A stretch of 64,000 nucleotides of DNA from Candidatus Doudnabacteria bacterium (GTDB taxonomy: Bacteria > Patescibacteriota > Doudnabacteria > UBA920): positions 11,915-75,914 of the forward strand of contig CAWINB010000001.1 of assembly GCA_963837465.1 (NCBI GenBank), read 5' to 3'. A model generated the notes under the pieces. The model saw only the letters and a program-made list of their open reading frames with translations. It was not told the DNA's origin and did no database searches. Positions 23,059 through 33,138 of this stretch are shown here, piece after piece (the first letter of the stretch is position 1; each line of letters opens with the position of its first letter). The position numbers and the translations under genes were made by a program.

Positions 23059-23256
23059 ATGACTGGTGTAATTAAGAAAAAGACCGATAAAGGTTTTGGC
23101 TTTATTACCGTACAAGGCCAAGACAAAGATTTGTTTTTTCACAGCAAGTCTTTAGTCGGCGTAACCTTTGATGAACTCAACGAAGGTGACACGGTTAGCT
23201 TTGATGTCGAAGAATCCCCCAAGGGTCCTAACGCCGTCAACGTAAAAAGAGCTTAA
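23059..23256 (+). CDS. cold-shock protein
   Basis: KGFGFI, DLFFH, KGPNAVNV. Confidence 0.95.
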   Translation: MTGVIKKKTDKGFGFITVQGQDKDLFFHSKSLVGVTFDELNEGDTVSFDVEESPKGPNAVNVKRA

Positions 23257-23263
23257 AGCTTTT

Positions 23264-23292
23264 AAAAACTCCCCTGCGAAGGGGAGTTTTTT
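23264..23292 (+). terminator. intrinsic terminator
   Basis: aaaaactcccct-gcga-aggggagtttttt. Confidence 0.85.
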
Positions 23293-23391
23293 GTTGGCTG
23301 TTTTTGTTTCGATCAGATTTTGATATTTGGCGGATTTTTGTTATAATTTAAACGTCTGTAATTTACCAGCTTATTTAAACTTACGGCTGAA

Positions 23392-23505
23392 ATGATTAAA
23401 AACAGGAAAAAACTCGAAAAAATTATGGCCATTGTCATGGCTCTGGTAATACTCAGTATGATAGCGGCCCTGTTTGGCGGCTCATTTATTAACACAAACC
23501 ACTAA
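23392..23505 (+). CDS. 37-aa single-TM peptide
   Basis: MIKNRKKLEKIMAIVMALVILSMIAALFGGSFINTNH. Confidence 0.5.
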   Translation: MIKNRKKLEKIMAIVMALVILSMIAALFGGSFINTNH

Positions 23506-23535
23506 AGATAAAAATTATGGCCCATAAATTTTAAT

Positions 23536-24021
23536 ATGTTCAAGTTTGATTTGCTGGAAAATGAAGTGGTTAATAATATTTACCGCCAGAACGAGGTTAT
23601 CCTGTTTAAGCCTGTCCTGGTAGTCTTTGTTTCAATTTACTGCCCCTGGTATTTTTTGCTTAAGTATGACCTTGTCCTGACTTACGACCGACTGCTGTTT
23701 TTTTGGACCACCCTGGTTTTTTTATACGCCCTGAACAAATACCTGCTCTGGCTGGCTAATGTCTATATGGTCACAAGCAAGCGGCTTGTTTGCGTTCATT
23801 ACAAAAACCTGCTCAGTAAAAAAGTTTTGGAAGCTCCTCTGGACAAAATTTTAAATATCAGTTTTTCCAAGCACGGGTTTTGGCGCACGCTGTTTGATTT
23901 TGGCTCGGTGCAAGTTCAGGCGCCAGGCCTTCCGGAACCTTTGTTGTTAAAAGATGTCAGTCATCCGTCCCAGGTCAAGGATTTGCTTTGGAAGCTGCTC
24001 CAAAAAGTCCATTCCGGCTGA
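23536..24021 (+). CDS. bPH-domain membrane protein
   Basis: 2 TM then YMVTSKRLV...FDFGSVQVQ. Confidence 0.75.
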   Translation: MFKFDLLENEVVNNIYRQNEVILFKPVLVVFVSIYCPWYFLLKYDLVLTYDRLLFFWTTLVFLYALNKYLLWLANVYMVTSKRLVCVHYKNLLSKKVLEAPLDKILNISFSKHGFWRTLFDFGSVQVQAPGLPEPLLLKDVSHPSQVKDLLWKLLQKVHSG

Positions 24022-24175
24022 CACCCGTAATTTTATCCACTTGCCATAAAAATTTTTCCCGCTTGGTTCTGCCGCTATCGGCTCAAACAGGGAATCTACG
24101 GCCGAAATGCAAAAATTTTGGAATAATGTATAATTAAGCAGGAATCTGTTTTTAAAATAAACTCCAGGTATCAAG

Positions 24176-24541
24176 ATGCCGTCAAAGCAAATTCTTTCTT
24201 CAACAGTCGGCCTTATAGCACTAACTCTGCTGCTGCTGTTTTTGGGAGATTTAAAATTCCGCCAGTACCAAAGCCAGAAGATTGTGGAAGCTCAAACCCA
24301 AAGTCTCCAGCAGCAGGCCGACGCGTTACAGAAGCAAAATGACCAGCTCAACCAGTCTCTTCAATATTTAAATTCTCCTGATTTTAAAGAGCAGGTGGCC
24401 AGGCAGCAGCTTAATTATAAAAGGCAGGGGGAAGTTGTGTATGGGTTTTCGGGCTCCGGGACTCAGGCAATCCAAAGCCAGCAGGCGGCCCCGGCGGAAA
24501 GCGACAGCCAAAAATGGTGGAATTATTTTTTCGCCGATTAA
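24176..24541 (+). CDS. FtsB/DivIC septum formation initiator
   Basis: TM, coiled coil, EQVARQQLNYKRQGE. Confidence 0.8.
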   Translation: MPSKQILSSTVGLIALTLLLLFLGDLKFRQYQSQKIVEAQTQSLQQQADALQKQNDQLNQSLQYLNSPDFKEQVARQQLNYKRQGEVVYGFSGSGTQAIQSQQAAPAESDSQKWWNYFFAD

Positions 24542-24609
24542 AATAGGTTTATAATTATTAACAGTATTAAATCCGCAAGTCCCTTGGGTTTAAAAATTAA
24601 ATTTTTAAT

Positions 24610-26430
24610 ATGATAGACCAGGAACTGACAGACTATATCATGGCCGCCCAAAAGCACGGGTTGCCCGAGTTGCAAATTAAGCAAAATCTTTTGGCCGCTG
24701 GCTGGGACGCGGCTATGGTGGAAGAAAATTTTGTCCACTCTAAAGTTCTGGAAAATCAAAGACAGCCAGCCCAGGGCCATTCCGGCCAAAGCAGTCCGGT
24801 GTTTGCCCCCGCGGTTTTTACCAGTCCAAACAGTCAACCCCCCGACTCTGCTGGCCCGGCTTTGGGTTTAAGCGGTAACAATCCCCAAAGGCCAGCTTCC
24901 GGCAAATCTTTTTTTAAGCGGCCTTTGTTTTGGCTGATTGCGGCAGTAATTATAATTGCCTCGGGCAGCGCTTACGGTTATTACGCCTACGCTTATATGA
25001 CGCCTGCCAAGGCGCTGCAAAATTTAACCGCCGTGAAAAGTTCCTACCCCAAAACCGTCCAGGATGCGTATTCTTTTTCTTATACCGATAACTCGCTGCC
25101 CGGAGAGAACTTGTCCGCTTCGGTAAACGGAACCAGTTCAGTGGACAGTTCCAGCGCGGCTAATTTAAAAGTAAGCAACAACGCCCAGGTAAATGTGGGC
25201 GCTTATGGCTTTAGTTACAACATTCCCGTGGATGAACTGATAATCGGGAATGCTTTTTATATTAATTTGGGTAAAATTGACCAGCTCAAACCCTTTTTGG
25301 CGGGCCAAAACATAGAGTGGGTCAAACTGGATTTAAACCAGCTTCAGCAATATATCGGTCAGCAATCCGCCTCCGGCGCCAATAAATTTTCCCAGGCGAT
25401 TATTAACAACCCCCAACTCAAGGCCGGGCTGGCAAAAATTTGGTCCGGCGGAAATTTCCTTAGCCCGGGTACTTTTTTCGCGCGAGAAAGCATTAACGGC
25501 ACAGCTGTGTATCATATAAAACCTGTGATCAACACAGCTGAAATTATTCCGGCTTTGGAAAGTTCGCTGCAACTTATCAATTCGGCCGAAGGCAGCAGTT
25601 CGCCGGTTACTTTTACCCCGGATGACAATAAAATCCTGACGGCGGTCGTCAATAAGTTCCAGGTTAAAAGTTTGGATTTATGGGTAGGCCAAAAGGATTC
25701 TTTGTTATATAAAGTCAGCTTGGTCATGAATGCTCCCGGAGCGGCTGATTTTGCCAGTTCTTCGGCCATAGCCAGCGCGGGACCGTTGGGCGCGGCGCAA
25801 AGCAAATCCAGGGATGCCCTGCGTTTAAACGATATAAGGCAAATACAAACCGCTCTCCAGCTTTATCACAGCGATTTTGGCGGCTATCCCCAAAGCTTAA
25901 ACGGGCAGCCCCAAAATATGCAAAGCGGCGGCTACTTAGCCAGCTTCCCAACCGCGCCCGAACCTGCCGACGGCGCCTGTACCGACTATTTTAACGGCTA
26001 CTGGTACAAAGCCGCGGGAAAACCAAAAGTTGTGAAAGACCAAAATGTTTACCCTTCCTACACCCTGACTTTTTGTTTGGGAGCGGATACCGGCGGCTAC
26101 AAAGCGGGTATTGGAATGGTAACTCCAGGCGGAATAGAGGGTGATATTGCCTGCCCGGCCACCCCGGATAAATGTGTTGGTAATTCAACAATCGATTCGT
26201 CGTCCCAGGACCAGGCTATAATCAACGCCGTAAACAAAATGACGTTCAGCGGCCAACTCTCGGTCAATGTAACGTATTCGGATTACGGCAAGCCCGCTAA
26301 CATCCAAGCCCCGGCCTCGTCCACGGATTTAATGAGCTTGATAAAGCAGGCCATCCCAAGCTTTGGCTCGGCATCGTCATCGGCCCCTCAAGCAACACTG
26401 CAAATGAACGGCGGGAACGCGGGGCAATAA
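24610..26430 (+). CDS. membrane-anchored surface protein with internal pilin/T2SS-G-like domain
   Basis: TM at ~aa105-125; KSRDALRLNDIRQIQTALQLYHSDFGGYP; Cys pairs. Confidence 0.65.
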   Translation: MIDQELTDYIMAAQKHGLPELQIKQNLLAAGWDAAMVEENFVHSKVLENQRQPAQGHSGQSSPVFAPAVFTSPNSQPPDSAGPALGLSGNNPQRPASGKSFFKRPLFWLIAAVIIIASGSAYGYYAYAYMTPAKALQNLTAVKSSYPKTVQDAYSFSYTDNSLPGENLSASVNGTSSVDSSSAANLKVSNNAQVNVGAYGFSYNIPVDELIIGNAFYINLGKIDQLKPFLAGQNIEWVKLDLNQLQQYIGQQSASGANKFSQAIINNPQLKAGLAKIWSGGNFLSPGTFFARESINGTAVYHIKPVINTAEIIPALESSLQLINSAEGSSSPVTFTPDDNKILTAVVNKFQVKSLDLWVGQKDSLLYKVSLVMNAPGAADFASSSAIASAGPLGAAQSKSRDALRLNDIRQIQTALQLYHSDFGGYPQSLNGQPQNMQSGGYLASFPTAPEPADGACTDYFNGYWYKAAGKPKVVKDQNVYPSYTLTFCLGADTGGYKAGIGMVTPGGIEGDIACPATPDKCVGNSTIDSSSQDQAIINAVNKMTFSGQLSVNVTYSDYGKPANIQAPASSTDLMSLIKQAIPSFGSASSSAPQATLQMNGGNAGQ

Positions 26431-26472
26431 TCCGGAGAGCGCTAATTTAAAAGTTTTGGTTCGAATATCCTT

Positions 26473-27267
26473 ATGAAAATCGGCATTTTTGATTCCGGCT
26501 TGGGCGGCCTTGTTATAGCCAAGTCCATATTTAAGCGATTGCCGAAATATGATTACGTTTATTTGGGCGACACCAAAAATCTGCCCTACGGCAATAAGAA
26601 CCAGCGGCAAATTTACAATTTTACCAAACAAGCCTTGGTGTACCTGTTTGGGCAGGACTGCAAGCTGGTTATTATTGCCTGCAATACTTCTTCGGCCAAA
26701 GCTTTAAGGAAAATCCAAAGGGAATTTTTGCCCGAATTTTACCCGGACAGAAAGGTTTTGGGAGTGATAGTGCCGACTTTGGAAGCCGTACCGGGAAATT
26801 TAAAACGCGTGGGCGTCTTGGCTACTTTAAGCGCGGCCAAATCCCACGCTTATAAAAGGGAGCTAAAAAAGCTTAAGCCCGCAATAGAAGTCTATGAGCA
26901 GGCCGCTCCCCGGCTGGCCACTTTAATAGAAAAAAACGCTTTACAGGAAGGCAAAAAAAGCCTAAGATTGTACTTGGGGCCGCTTCAAAAAAAGCAGATT
27001 GAAGCGCTGGTTTTGGGTTGCACCCATTACCCGATTTTAAAAAATGAGGTGGAAAAAATAATGGGGCCCCGGGTAAAAATAATTTCCCAATCCGATATAA
27101 TCCCTCCCAAGTTGGCGGATTATTTAAGGCACCATCCGGAAACAGCGTCGCGGCTTTCAAAAAACGGCGCCAGTATTTTTGAAGTCACAAAGATCAACAA
27201 AGGTTTTCAGGAAGCGGCTGGCAGGCTGTTTGGGAAAAAACTAACATTCAAAGTTGTGAGCCTGTAG
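26473..27267 (+). CDS. murI: glutamate racemase
   Basis: IFDSGLGG, IACNT, LGCTHYP. Confidence 0.96.
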   Translation: MKIGIFDSGLGGLVIAKSIFKRLPKYDYVYLGDTKNLPYGNKNQRQIYNFTKQALVYLFGQDCKLVIIACNTSSAKALRKIQREFLPEFYPDRKVLGVIVPTLEAVPGNLKRVGVLATLSAAKSHAYKRELKKLKPAIEVYEQAAPRLATLIEKNALQEGKKSLRLYLGPLQKKQIEALVLGCTHYPILKNEVEKIMGPRVKIISQSDIIPPKLADYLRHHPETASRLSKNGASIFEVTKINKGFQEAAGRLFGKKLTFKVVSL

Positions 27268-27308
27268 CCTGTTAATTGCCAATCATTATCCGTTCGCAGT
27301 TTCCCCGG

Positions 27309-27384
27309 GCCGGCTTAGCTCATCTGGCAGAGCGGCGGTATCGTAAACCGCAGGTGGTCGGTTCAAGTCCGACAGCCGGCTCCA
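27309..27384 (+). tRNA. tRNA-Thr(CGT)
   Basis: Cloverleaf GCCGGCT...AGCCGGC-T-CCA; anticodon loop ATCGTAA. Confidence 0.93.
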
Positions 27385-27444
27385 TTTTTTATCAACGGCA
27401 CCAAGGGCAACATAACCGCCAAACTTCTTTAACGATTCTAAAGC

Positions 27445-27993
27445 ATGAAAAAGTTTTTTTTAATCCCCGTTTTTATTTTATTGGCTTCGGGCTGTTCCCA
27501 ATCAGGCCAAAGTACTTTGACCGCGAAAGTTCCGCCGGCAGCCGACCAGCCGGCTACGAGTTTCCAGCCTTCGACACCTTCCATTCCAAAACAGAGACCC
27601 ATCGCGCTTTTGGCCACGATTAATGTCTCCGGTTCCACAAACACGCTTCCTTATAGCTTAAGTATTTACTCCGATGGCAGTATAGTCGCGGCTGCGCGGA
27701 ATGAAAAAAGCCCCGGCTTTCCCGCAAAAACAGCCGATGCCGGCGAGTTGCTTGGCTTATTGGATAAGGCAGGCAACATTACTAATGTTAAAAGCAGCGG
27801 AGAATGCGCCAAATCCGCTTCCTTTGGGACTGTTACAACCTTAACTTACAACGGCCAAACCAGCGGCGACCTGCAGTGCGTTTACGGCAACCCGCCATCC
27901 CAGTACAAAAACTTGGCTGATTTTATAAACTCCATTGTTAACAAAGCCGGCATTCGCGCTATGCGTAACCCGGTAACAATCCCCGGAACTTAA
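27445..27993 (+). CDS. lipoprotein
   Basis: Lipobox LASGC. Confidence 0.75.
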   Translation: MKKFFLIPVFILLASGCSQSGQSTLTAKVPPAADQPATSFQPSTPSIPKQRPIALLATINVSGSTNTLPYSLSIYSDGSIVAAARNEKSPGFPAKTADAGELLGLLDKAGNITNVKSSGECAKSASFGTVTTLTYNGQTSGDLQCVYGNPPSQYKNLADFINSIVNKAGIRAMRNPVTIPGT

Positions 27994-28119
27994 AATTTAT
28001 TTAAAAATTCATTTTGGCCGTAATTTAAAAGCCCGTTTTAAACGGCAATTTATTAAAATAAAAAATTAACTCTTAGCGGTTTTTTAACGTTTTGTCAAGG
28101 CCGGCAAAAAATGCCGCTC

Positions 28120-28148
28120 TTGACAAATTGTGGTATTTTTCCTAATAT
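28120..28148 (+). promoter_or_regulatory. sigma70 promoter of the atp operon, -35 within an inverted repeat
   Basis: TTGACA-17-TAATAT; tttgtcaag...cttgacaaa IR at 28091-28127. Confidence 0.65.
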
Positions 28149-28166
28149 TTAAGCGGAAATTCAGAT

Positions 28167-28427
28167 ATGGATGAAAATAAGCAACCCTATGATAACAACA
28201 AGGCAAAGGAAAAACAAAGAACCGTTGGTTTGCTTATGCTGGAAGCGGGCACTGAATTCGCCTTTTTGATAGCTGTGCCGTTAATAGCCGGAATTTTAGC
28301 GGGTAACTGGCTGGATAGTAAGTACAAACATCATTTTTTTATTATTATAGGAATTTTGCTTGGGATAACCATAACCTCAGTGGCGGTTTACTCCAGGGTA
28401 AAAGACTATAAGAAGATGCTCAAATAA
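28167..28427 (+). CDS. AtpZ/AtpI family protein
   Basis: G..LD..Y 2-TM pattern, first gene of the operon. Confidence 0.8.
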   Translation: MDENKQPYDNNKAKEKQRTVGLLMLEAGTEFAFLIAVPLIAGILAGNWLDSKYKHHFFIIIGILLGITITSVAVYSRVKDYKKMLK

Positions 28428-28428
28428 T

Positions 28429-29262
28429 ATGCTGTCACTCCCGCCGCTCGCGGCTGAACGAATTTTTAATATAGCTTCACTGCCCGTGACCAACACTATG
28501 ATTAACGCTTGGATCGCGACGATTTTTTTCGCCGTGTTCGCGTTTTTCTTAAATCTGGGCATAAAAAAATATTACCTGAACGACAGGGCGCCAAAGGGAG
28601 TGGTTAATTTTTTTGAAAGTATTTTGGAAGTATTTTTAAAACAGATTGATAACGTAACCAAGGACCGCCAAAAGACCTTAAAGTTTTTGCCGATCGTCGG
28701 CGGCATTTTTTTGTTTATTTTGGTCTGTAACTGGATGAGCCAAATCCCGGGGACGGGAAGCTTTGGATTATTCCGGGGAACAGACTTTATTCCCATTCTG
28801 CGGCCGGCCACCAGTGATTTGAACCTGACTCTTGCCATGGCCGTGTTCGTAGTCGTCCTTTCCCATATAGTCGGCGTGGCTACCATTGGATTTTTCAGGT
28901 ACGCCAACAAGTTTATTAAACTCGGGGATCTTTACCAGGCTGTTAAGTCTTTAAGTCCGTTAAAAATTTTTGTGGCTATGATTGAATTTTTTGTGGGGCT
29001 TCTGGAAATTATTTCCGAAGTTGCCAAAATGGTTTCGCTGTCTCTGCGTTTGTTCGGCAATATTTTTGCCGGCGAAGTTTTGTTAACGGTTATCGGGTCC
29101 CTTGTCGCGCTGTTTGTGCCGCTCCCGTTTTTGGCTTTGGAATTATTGGTGGGCATTGTCCAGGCTATGGTTTTTTCCCTGTTGACTCTGGTATACTTAA
29201 CCATAGCCACCACGCCGGCGCATCATACCGAAATACACGGGGTGGAGATGGAAGAAGCGTAA
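28429..29262 (+). CDS. atpB: ATP synthase subunit a
   Basis: SLSLRLFGNIFAGE. Confidence 0.96.
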   Translation: MLSLPPLAAERIFNIASLPVTNTMINAWIATIFFAVFAFFLNLGIKKYYLNDRAPKGVVNFFESILEVFLKQIDNVTKDRQKTLKFLPIVGGIFLFILVCNWMSQIPGTGSFGLFRGTDFIPILRPATSDLNLTLAMAVFVVVLSHIVGVATIGFFRYANKFIKLGDLYQAVKSLSPLKIFVAMIEFFVGLLEIISEVAKMVSLSLRLFGNIFAGEVLLTVIGSLVALFVPLPFLALELLVGIVQAMVFSLLTLVYLTIATTPAHHTEIHGVEMEEA

Positions 29263-29366
29263 ATAAATTGAACAAAATTAAATAAAATTGCCCAAAATTG
29301 AACATAATTAAGCTGCAGTCTAATTTTGTCAATTTTGGTCAATTATGCTCAATTTTGTCAATAATT
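29262..29366. repeat. inverted array of ~10-bp repeats
   Basis: (..aaAATTG/A)x5, spacer, (c/tAATTtt..)x5. Confidence 0.75.
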
Positions 29367-29477
29367 AATCCCTCTTTGCAGGCAATAAGCAAACTATCAT
29401 GCCTCTACTTGCAAGGCGGAAAAAAGGTGGTGTAGCGTGCCTATTTACGGGCTGCCCTGAAAAGATCCGGCCGGTAA

Positions 29478-29744
<267 letters not shown>

Positions 29745-29759
29745 GTTTTGGATTGGTAT

Positions 29760-29795
29760 CCCGTAGCGCGACCAACTTATTGGGCGCGCTACGGG
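29760..29795. repeat. GTAG-type REP-like palindrome
   Basis: CCCGTAGCGCG-n14-CGCGCTACGGG, no U-tract. Confidence 0.65.
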
Positions 29796-29828
29796 CTCCG
29801 CATTTGAAACTTAAAATAATAATTTAAG

Positions 29829-30383
29829 ATGATATTCCTCCAGCATATTTTTACCTCGGTTGCCTTTGCCCAAAGCGCGGCGGCGCAATCAAGCTCTCCG
29901 GTCGCGGTTTTGGGTTTGAACGCCAAATTATTCATCGCCCAGTTAATCAACTTCGCGGTTGTCCTGTTTATTTTATGGAAATGGGTGTTTACGCCGGTAG
30001 CCAAAAAACTCCAGGAGCGCACCGACCGCATAGAAAAGGCCATGAATGACGCCGACCGCGTTGCCAAAGAAAAAGCCGAATTTGAAAAGTGGCGGCAGGA
30101 ACAAATGGGTCAGGCGCGGCAGGAAGCGTCGGTCATCATCACTAAAGCCGAAGTTGATGCCGGAAAAGTAAAAGACGACATGCTCCGCCAAGCCAAACAA
30201 GAACAGCAAAAATTGACAGACCAGGCCAAAAAGCAAATGGCGCGGGAAAAAGAACAGACAATGAACAGCGCCAAATCCGAACTGGCCGACTTAATTACCA
30301 ACGCCACGGAAAAAATTTTGCGCCATAAGCTGGATGACAAAAAGGACGCGGAGCTGGTTAAGGAGAGTTTAAAAAGTATGTAG
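29829..30383 (+). CDS. atpF: ATP synthase subunit b
   Basis: QLINFAVVLFIL plus coiled coil. Confidence 0.95.
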   Translation: MIFLQHIFTSVAFAQSAAAQSSSPVAVLGLNAKLFIAQLINFAVVLFILWKWVFTPVAKKLQERTDRIEKAMNDADRVAKEKAEFEKWRQEQMGQARQEASVIITKAEVDAGKVKDDMLRQAKQEQQKLTDQAKKQMAREKEQTMNSAKSELADLITNATEKILRHKLDDKKDAELVKESLKSM

Positions 30384-30390
30384 CATGTGG

Positions 30391-30438
30391 CGTCATCCCG
30401 GAAATTTTGAGCGCATCCGAAAAATTGTCCGGGATCCA
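30391..30438 (+). repeat. CGTC-type REP half element
   Basis: CGTCATCCCGGA...TCCGGGATCCA. Confidence 0.6.
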
Positions 30439-30454
30439 TACTCAAGCGAAACGG

Positions 30455-30495
30455 TGTCATTCCGAGGAGGAGCGCGCCCGACGGCGAAGCAGTCT
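30455..30495 (+). repeat. 5' half of the TGTC palindromic element, left of GIY-YIG
   Basis: 36/41 identical to the atpG insert at 33737. Confidence 0.85.
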
Positions 30496-30505
30496 TTTTC
30501 AGCTT

Positions 30506-30802
30506 ATGCTTAGCAAGACTTACTGTGTTTGCATCCTAACGAATTTTAATAACGCTGTTCTCTATACTGAAGTTACAAATGACCTGGTGCGCAGAGTTTA
30601 TGAGCATAAAAGTCATCTCATTAAAGGGTTTACCGACAAGTATAATGTGATGAAATTAGTATGTTTTGAGTCTGCGGATGAAATCGAAGGCGCCATACTG
30701 AGAGAAAAACAAATTAAAGGCGGCTCCCGTCGGAAGAATATTGATTTAATTAATTCTAAAAATCCCGCTTGGAAAGATTTATATAATGAAATCGCCGGAT
30801 AA
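30506..30802 (+). CDS. stand-alone GIY-YIG nuclease (degenerate motifs)
   Basis: YCVCILTN, LYTEVTNDLVRRVYEHK, GFTDKYNV, REKQIKG, NPAWKDL. Confidence 0.88.
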   Translation: MLSKTYCVCILTNFNNAVLYTEVTNDLVRRVYEHKSHLIKGFTDKYNVMKLVCFESADEIEGAILREKQIKGGSRRKNIDLINSKNPAWKDLYNEIAG

Positions 30803-30803
30803 G

Positions 30804-30904
30804 TGTCACCGCGGGGAAGCGCATTCGACCGAAGCGATCTTATCTGGAATTAAATAAGGATTGCTTCGTCGGCCAGCCAAAGCCCTGGCCTCCTCGCGAT
30901 GACA
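30804..30904 (+). repeat. TGTC...GACA palindromic element, right of GIY-YIG
   Basis: TGTCACCGCGGG...GAAGCGATC...GATTGCTTCG...CTCGCGATGACA. Confidence 0.8.
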
Positions 30905-30915
30905 CTCACCATATT

Positions 30916-31305
30916 ATGCCTAAACTCACCCCAACCCAATACGCCCAGGCGCTTTACGACGCGGTCTTGGAAACCAAGGATCACGACGTGGTTTTGAACA
31001 ACTTCGTCAAGATTTTGGCGCAAAACGGCGACTTGGCCAAACACGACGAAATCCAGGAAGAATACCGCAAAATTGATATGAAAGCCAAAGGCATTAAAGA
31101 AGTCCAAACCACCTTTGCCCACGACCTGCATAACAACCATCAAATAGTAGAAGAACTCAACAAAGTGGTAAAAGGCAAAGCTGAATTTAAATCCAAAATA
31201 GACGAAAACATTATCGGCGGAGTGGTGATAAGGGTGGACGACACGCTGATTGACGCGAGCGTGAAGACGCAGTTGAGGAATTTGAATAAGTCTTTAAAAT
31301 TTTAG
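30916..31305 (+). CDS. atpH: ATP synthase subunit delta (short form)
   Basis: QYAQALY, IDENIIGGVVIRVDDTLIDASV. Confidence 0.92.
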   Translation: MPKLTPTQYAQALYDAVLETKDHDVVLNNFVKILAQNGDLAKHDEIQEEYRKIDMKAKGIKEVQTTFAHDLHNNHQIVEELNKVVKGKAEFKSKIDENIIGGVVIRVDDTLIDASVKTQLRNLNKSLKF

Positions 31306-31309
31306 GTTT

Positions 31310-31606
31310 ATGAAAATTTTTGAAAGGATTATTGGAGCTATAGGAATTTTAGGGTTATTTTATTCAATTTATTTGCTTGTATTTTTGAAAGGGTTTCAAG
31401 GCCTGGGAGCGCTAATCACGCTGCCCTTAAGTTTAGTACTCTCAATATTCTTTTTTAACAGTTTTTTAAAAAAGCCAATAAAAAATTCAGGGTCTGCCAT
31501 AGCGACAACTAATAGATTCTCCCCGATAGTTGTCCTAGGAATACTAATTATAATAGCTATTTTAATTATTTTAATATATTTTCAAGTTTTAAATCCTAAA
31601 TCTTAA
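31310..31606 (+). CDS. AT-rich hypothetical 3-TM protein inserted in the atp operon
   Basis: Hydrophobic ORF; TAAATCC heptamers at its 3' end. Confidence 0.65.
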   Translation: MKIFERIIGAIGILGLFYSIYLLVFLKGFQGLGALITLPLSLVLSIFFFNSFLKKPIKNSGSAIATTNRFSPIVVLGILIIIAILIILIYFQVLNPKS

Positions 31607-31615
31607 ATCCAACTT

Positions 31616-33118
31616 ATGGCTCAAAATATCGTACAACAGCTTAAAGATAAAATTTTAGAATTCCAGCCTACTGCCAAAGTGGAAAAGGTTGGGACGGTTT
31701 TGGAGGTGGGGGATGGCGTGGCGCGGGTGAGTGGGTTGACCGAAGCTGGAAGTATGGAGATGTTGGATTTTGGCAATAATGTTACCGGAGTTGCTTTAAA
31801 CTTGGAAGAAAATTTGGTGGGTTCCATTATTCTTGGAGATTATACCGGCATTAAGGTTGGTGATACCGTACGGTCGACCGGGAAAATCCTTTCCGTACCT
31901 GTCGGTGAAAATTTAATTGGCCGCACGGTTAGCGCTTTGGGTTTGCCGATTGACGGCAAGGGTGATATTAAAGAAAATGCTTTTTACCCGGTGGAAAAAA
32001 TCGCTCCGGGAGTTATTACCAGGCAATCGGTCAAACAGCCGGTGCAAACGGGAGTTAAAGCCATTGACGCGCTCATTCCAATTGGCCGCGGACAGCGTGA
32101 ATTGATTATCGGCGACCGCCAAACCGGCAAGACCGCCGTGGCCATAGACACCATCATCAACCAAAAAGGCCAGAATATGATTTGTATTTACGTGGCTATT
32201 GGGCAAAAAGAAAGCAAAGTTGCCAAAATTGTGGCGTCGCTGGAAAAAGCGGACGCGATGGAATACACAATTGTCGTGGTTTCGGGAGCCAGCGAACCAG
32301 CCGCGCTTTCTTACATTGCGCCGTACTCCGGTTGCGCTATGGGCGAATATTTTCTTGACCAGGGTAAAGATGTTTTAATCGTATACGATGATTTATCCAA
32401 GCAGGCCGTAGCTTACCGCGAAATTTCCTTACTGCTCCGTCGCCCGCCAGGACGCGAAGCTTATCCGGGGGATGTGTTTTATTTGCACTCCAGATTACTG
32501 GAACGCGCCTGCAAATTAAATCCTGATTTTGGCGGCGGCTCTATAACAGCGCTACCAATCATCGAAACCCAGGCCGGCGACATTTCCGCCTACATTCCGA
32601 CCAACGTTATTTCCATTACCGATGGACAGATATTTTTGGAAACAGATTTGTTTTACAAAGGCATTCGCCCGGCGCTTAACGTCGGCATTTCTGTTTCGCG
32701 CGTAGGCAGCGCCGCCCAAACCAAAGCCATGAAAAAAGTGGCCGGCAAACTTAAACTTTCCCTGGCCCAATTCCGTGAAATGGAAGCCTTCGCGCAATTC
32801 GGCTCGGACTTGGACGCGGAGACAAAACGAACTCTGGATTTAGGCCGCCGCCAAACCGAAATCCTCAAACAACCGCAATACGCTCCGGTATCTTTGGAAA
32901 AACAAGTCACAATTTTGTACGCCGTAAACAACGGCTATATGAACGAAATCCCGGTGGAAAAAATGGCGGAGACGGAAAGCCGATTTCATAAATTTATGGA
33001 AGTGAATGGAAAAGAGATATTAACTGAAATTAGGGATACTAAGGATATTAGCGAGAAAGCGGAGGCTAAATTGAAGGAAGCTATTCAACAGTTTTTGCAA
33101 AGCATTAAGGGGAATTAG
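31616..33118 (+). CDS. atpA: ATP synthase subunit alpha
   Basis: [29 protein letters not shown]. Confidence 0.98.
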   Translation: MAQNIVQQLKDKILEFQPTAKVEKVGTVLEVGDGVARVSGLTEAGSMEMLDFGNNVTGVALNLEENLVGSIILGDYTGIKVGDTVRSTGKILSVPVGENLIGRTVSALGLPIDGKGDIKENAFYPVEKIAPGVITRQSVKQPVQTGVKAIDALIPIGRGQRELIIGDRQTGKTAVAIDTIINQKGQNMICIYVAIGQKESKVAKIVASLEKADAMEYTIVVVSGASEPAALSYIAPYSGCAMGEYFLDQGKDVLIVYDDLSKQAVAYREISLLLRRPPGREAYPGDVFYLHSRLLERACKLNPDFGGGSITALPIIETQAGDISAYIPTNVISITDGQIFLETDLFYKGIRPALNVGISVSRVGSAAQTKAMKKVAGKLKLSLAQFREMEAFAQFGSDLDAETKRTLDLGRRQTEILKQPQYAPVSLEKQVTILYAVNNGYMNEIPVEKMAETESRFHKFMEVNGKEILTEIRDTKDISEKAEAKLKEAIQQFLQSIKGN

Positions 33119-33138
33119 GAATTATGAATCAGGAATTA
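33111..33138 (+). repeat. heptamer array GGAATTA x4 (left flank)
   Basis: ggaatta ggaatta tgaatca ggaatta. Confidence 0.8.

Noticed and set aside
19082-24041. DnaA-box-like TTATCCAC(T) at ~19082 and ~24033 as oriC
   Set aside because: They are isolated imperfect boxes with no cluster and no dnaA/dnaN nearby.
27276-27623. 115-aa ORF
   Set aside because: It overlaps tRNA-Thr and the lipoprotein gene; spurious.
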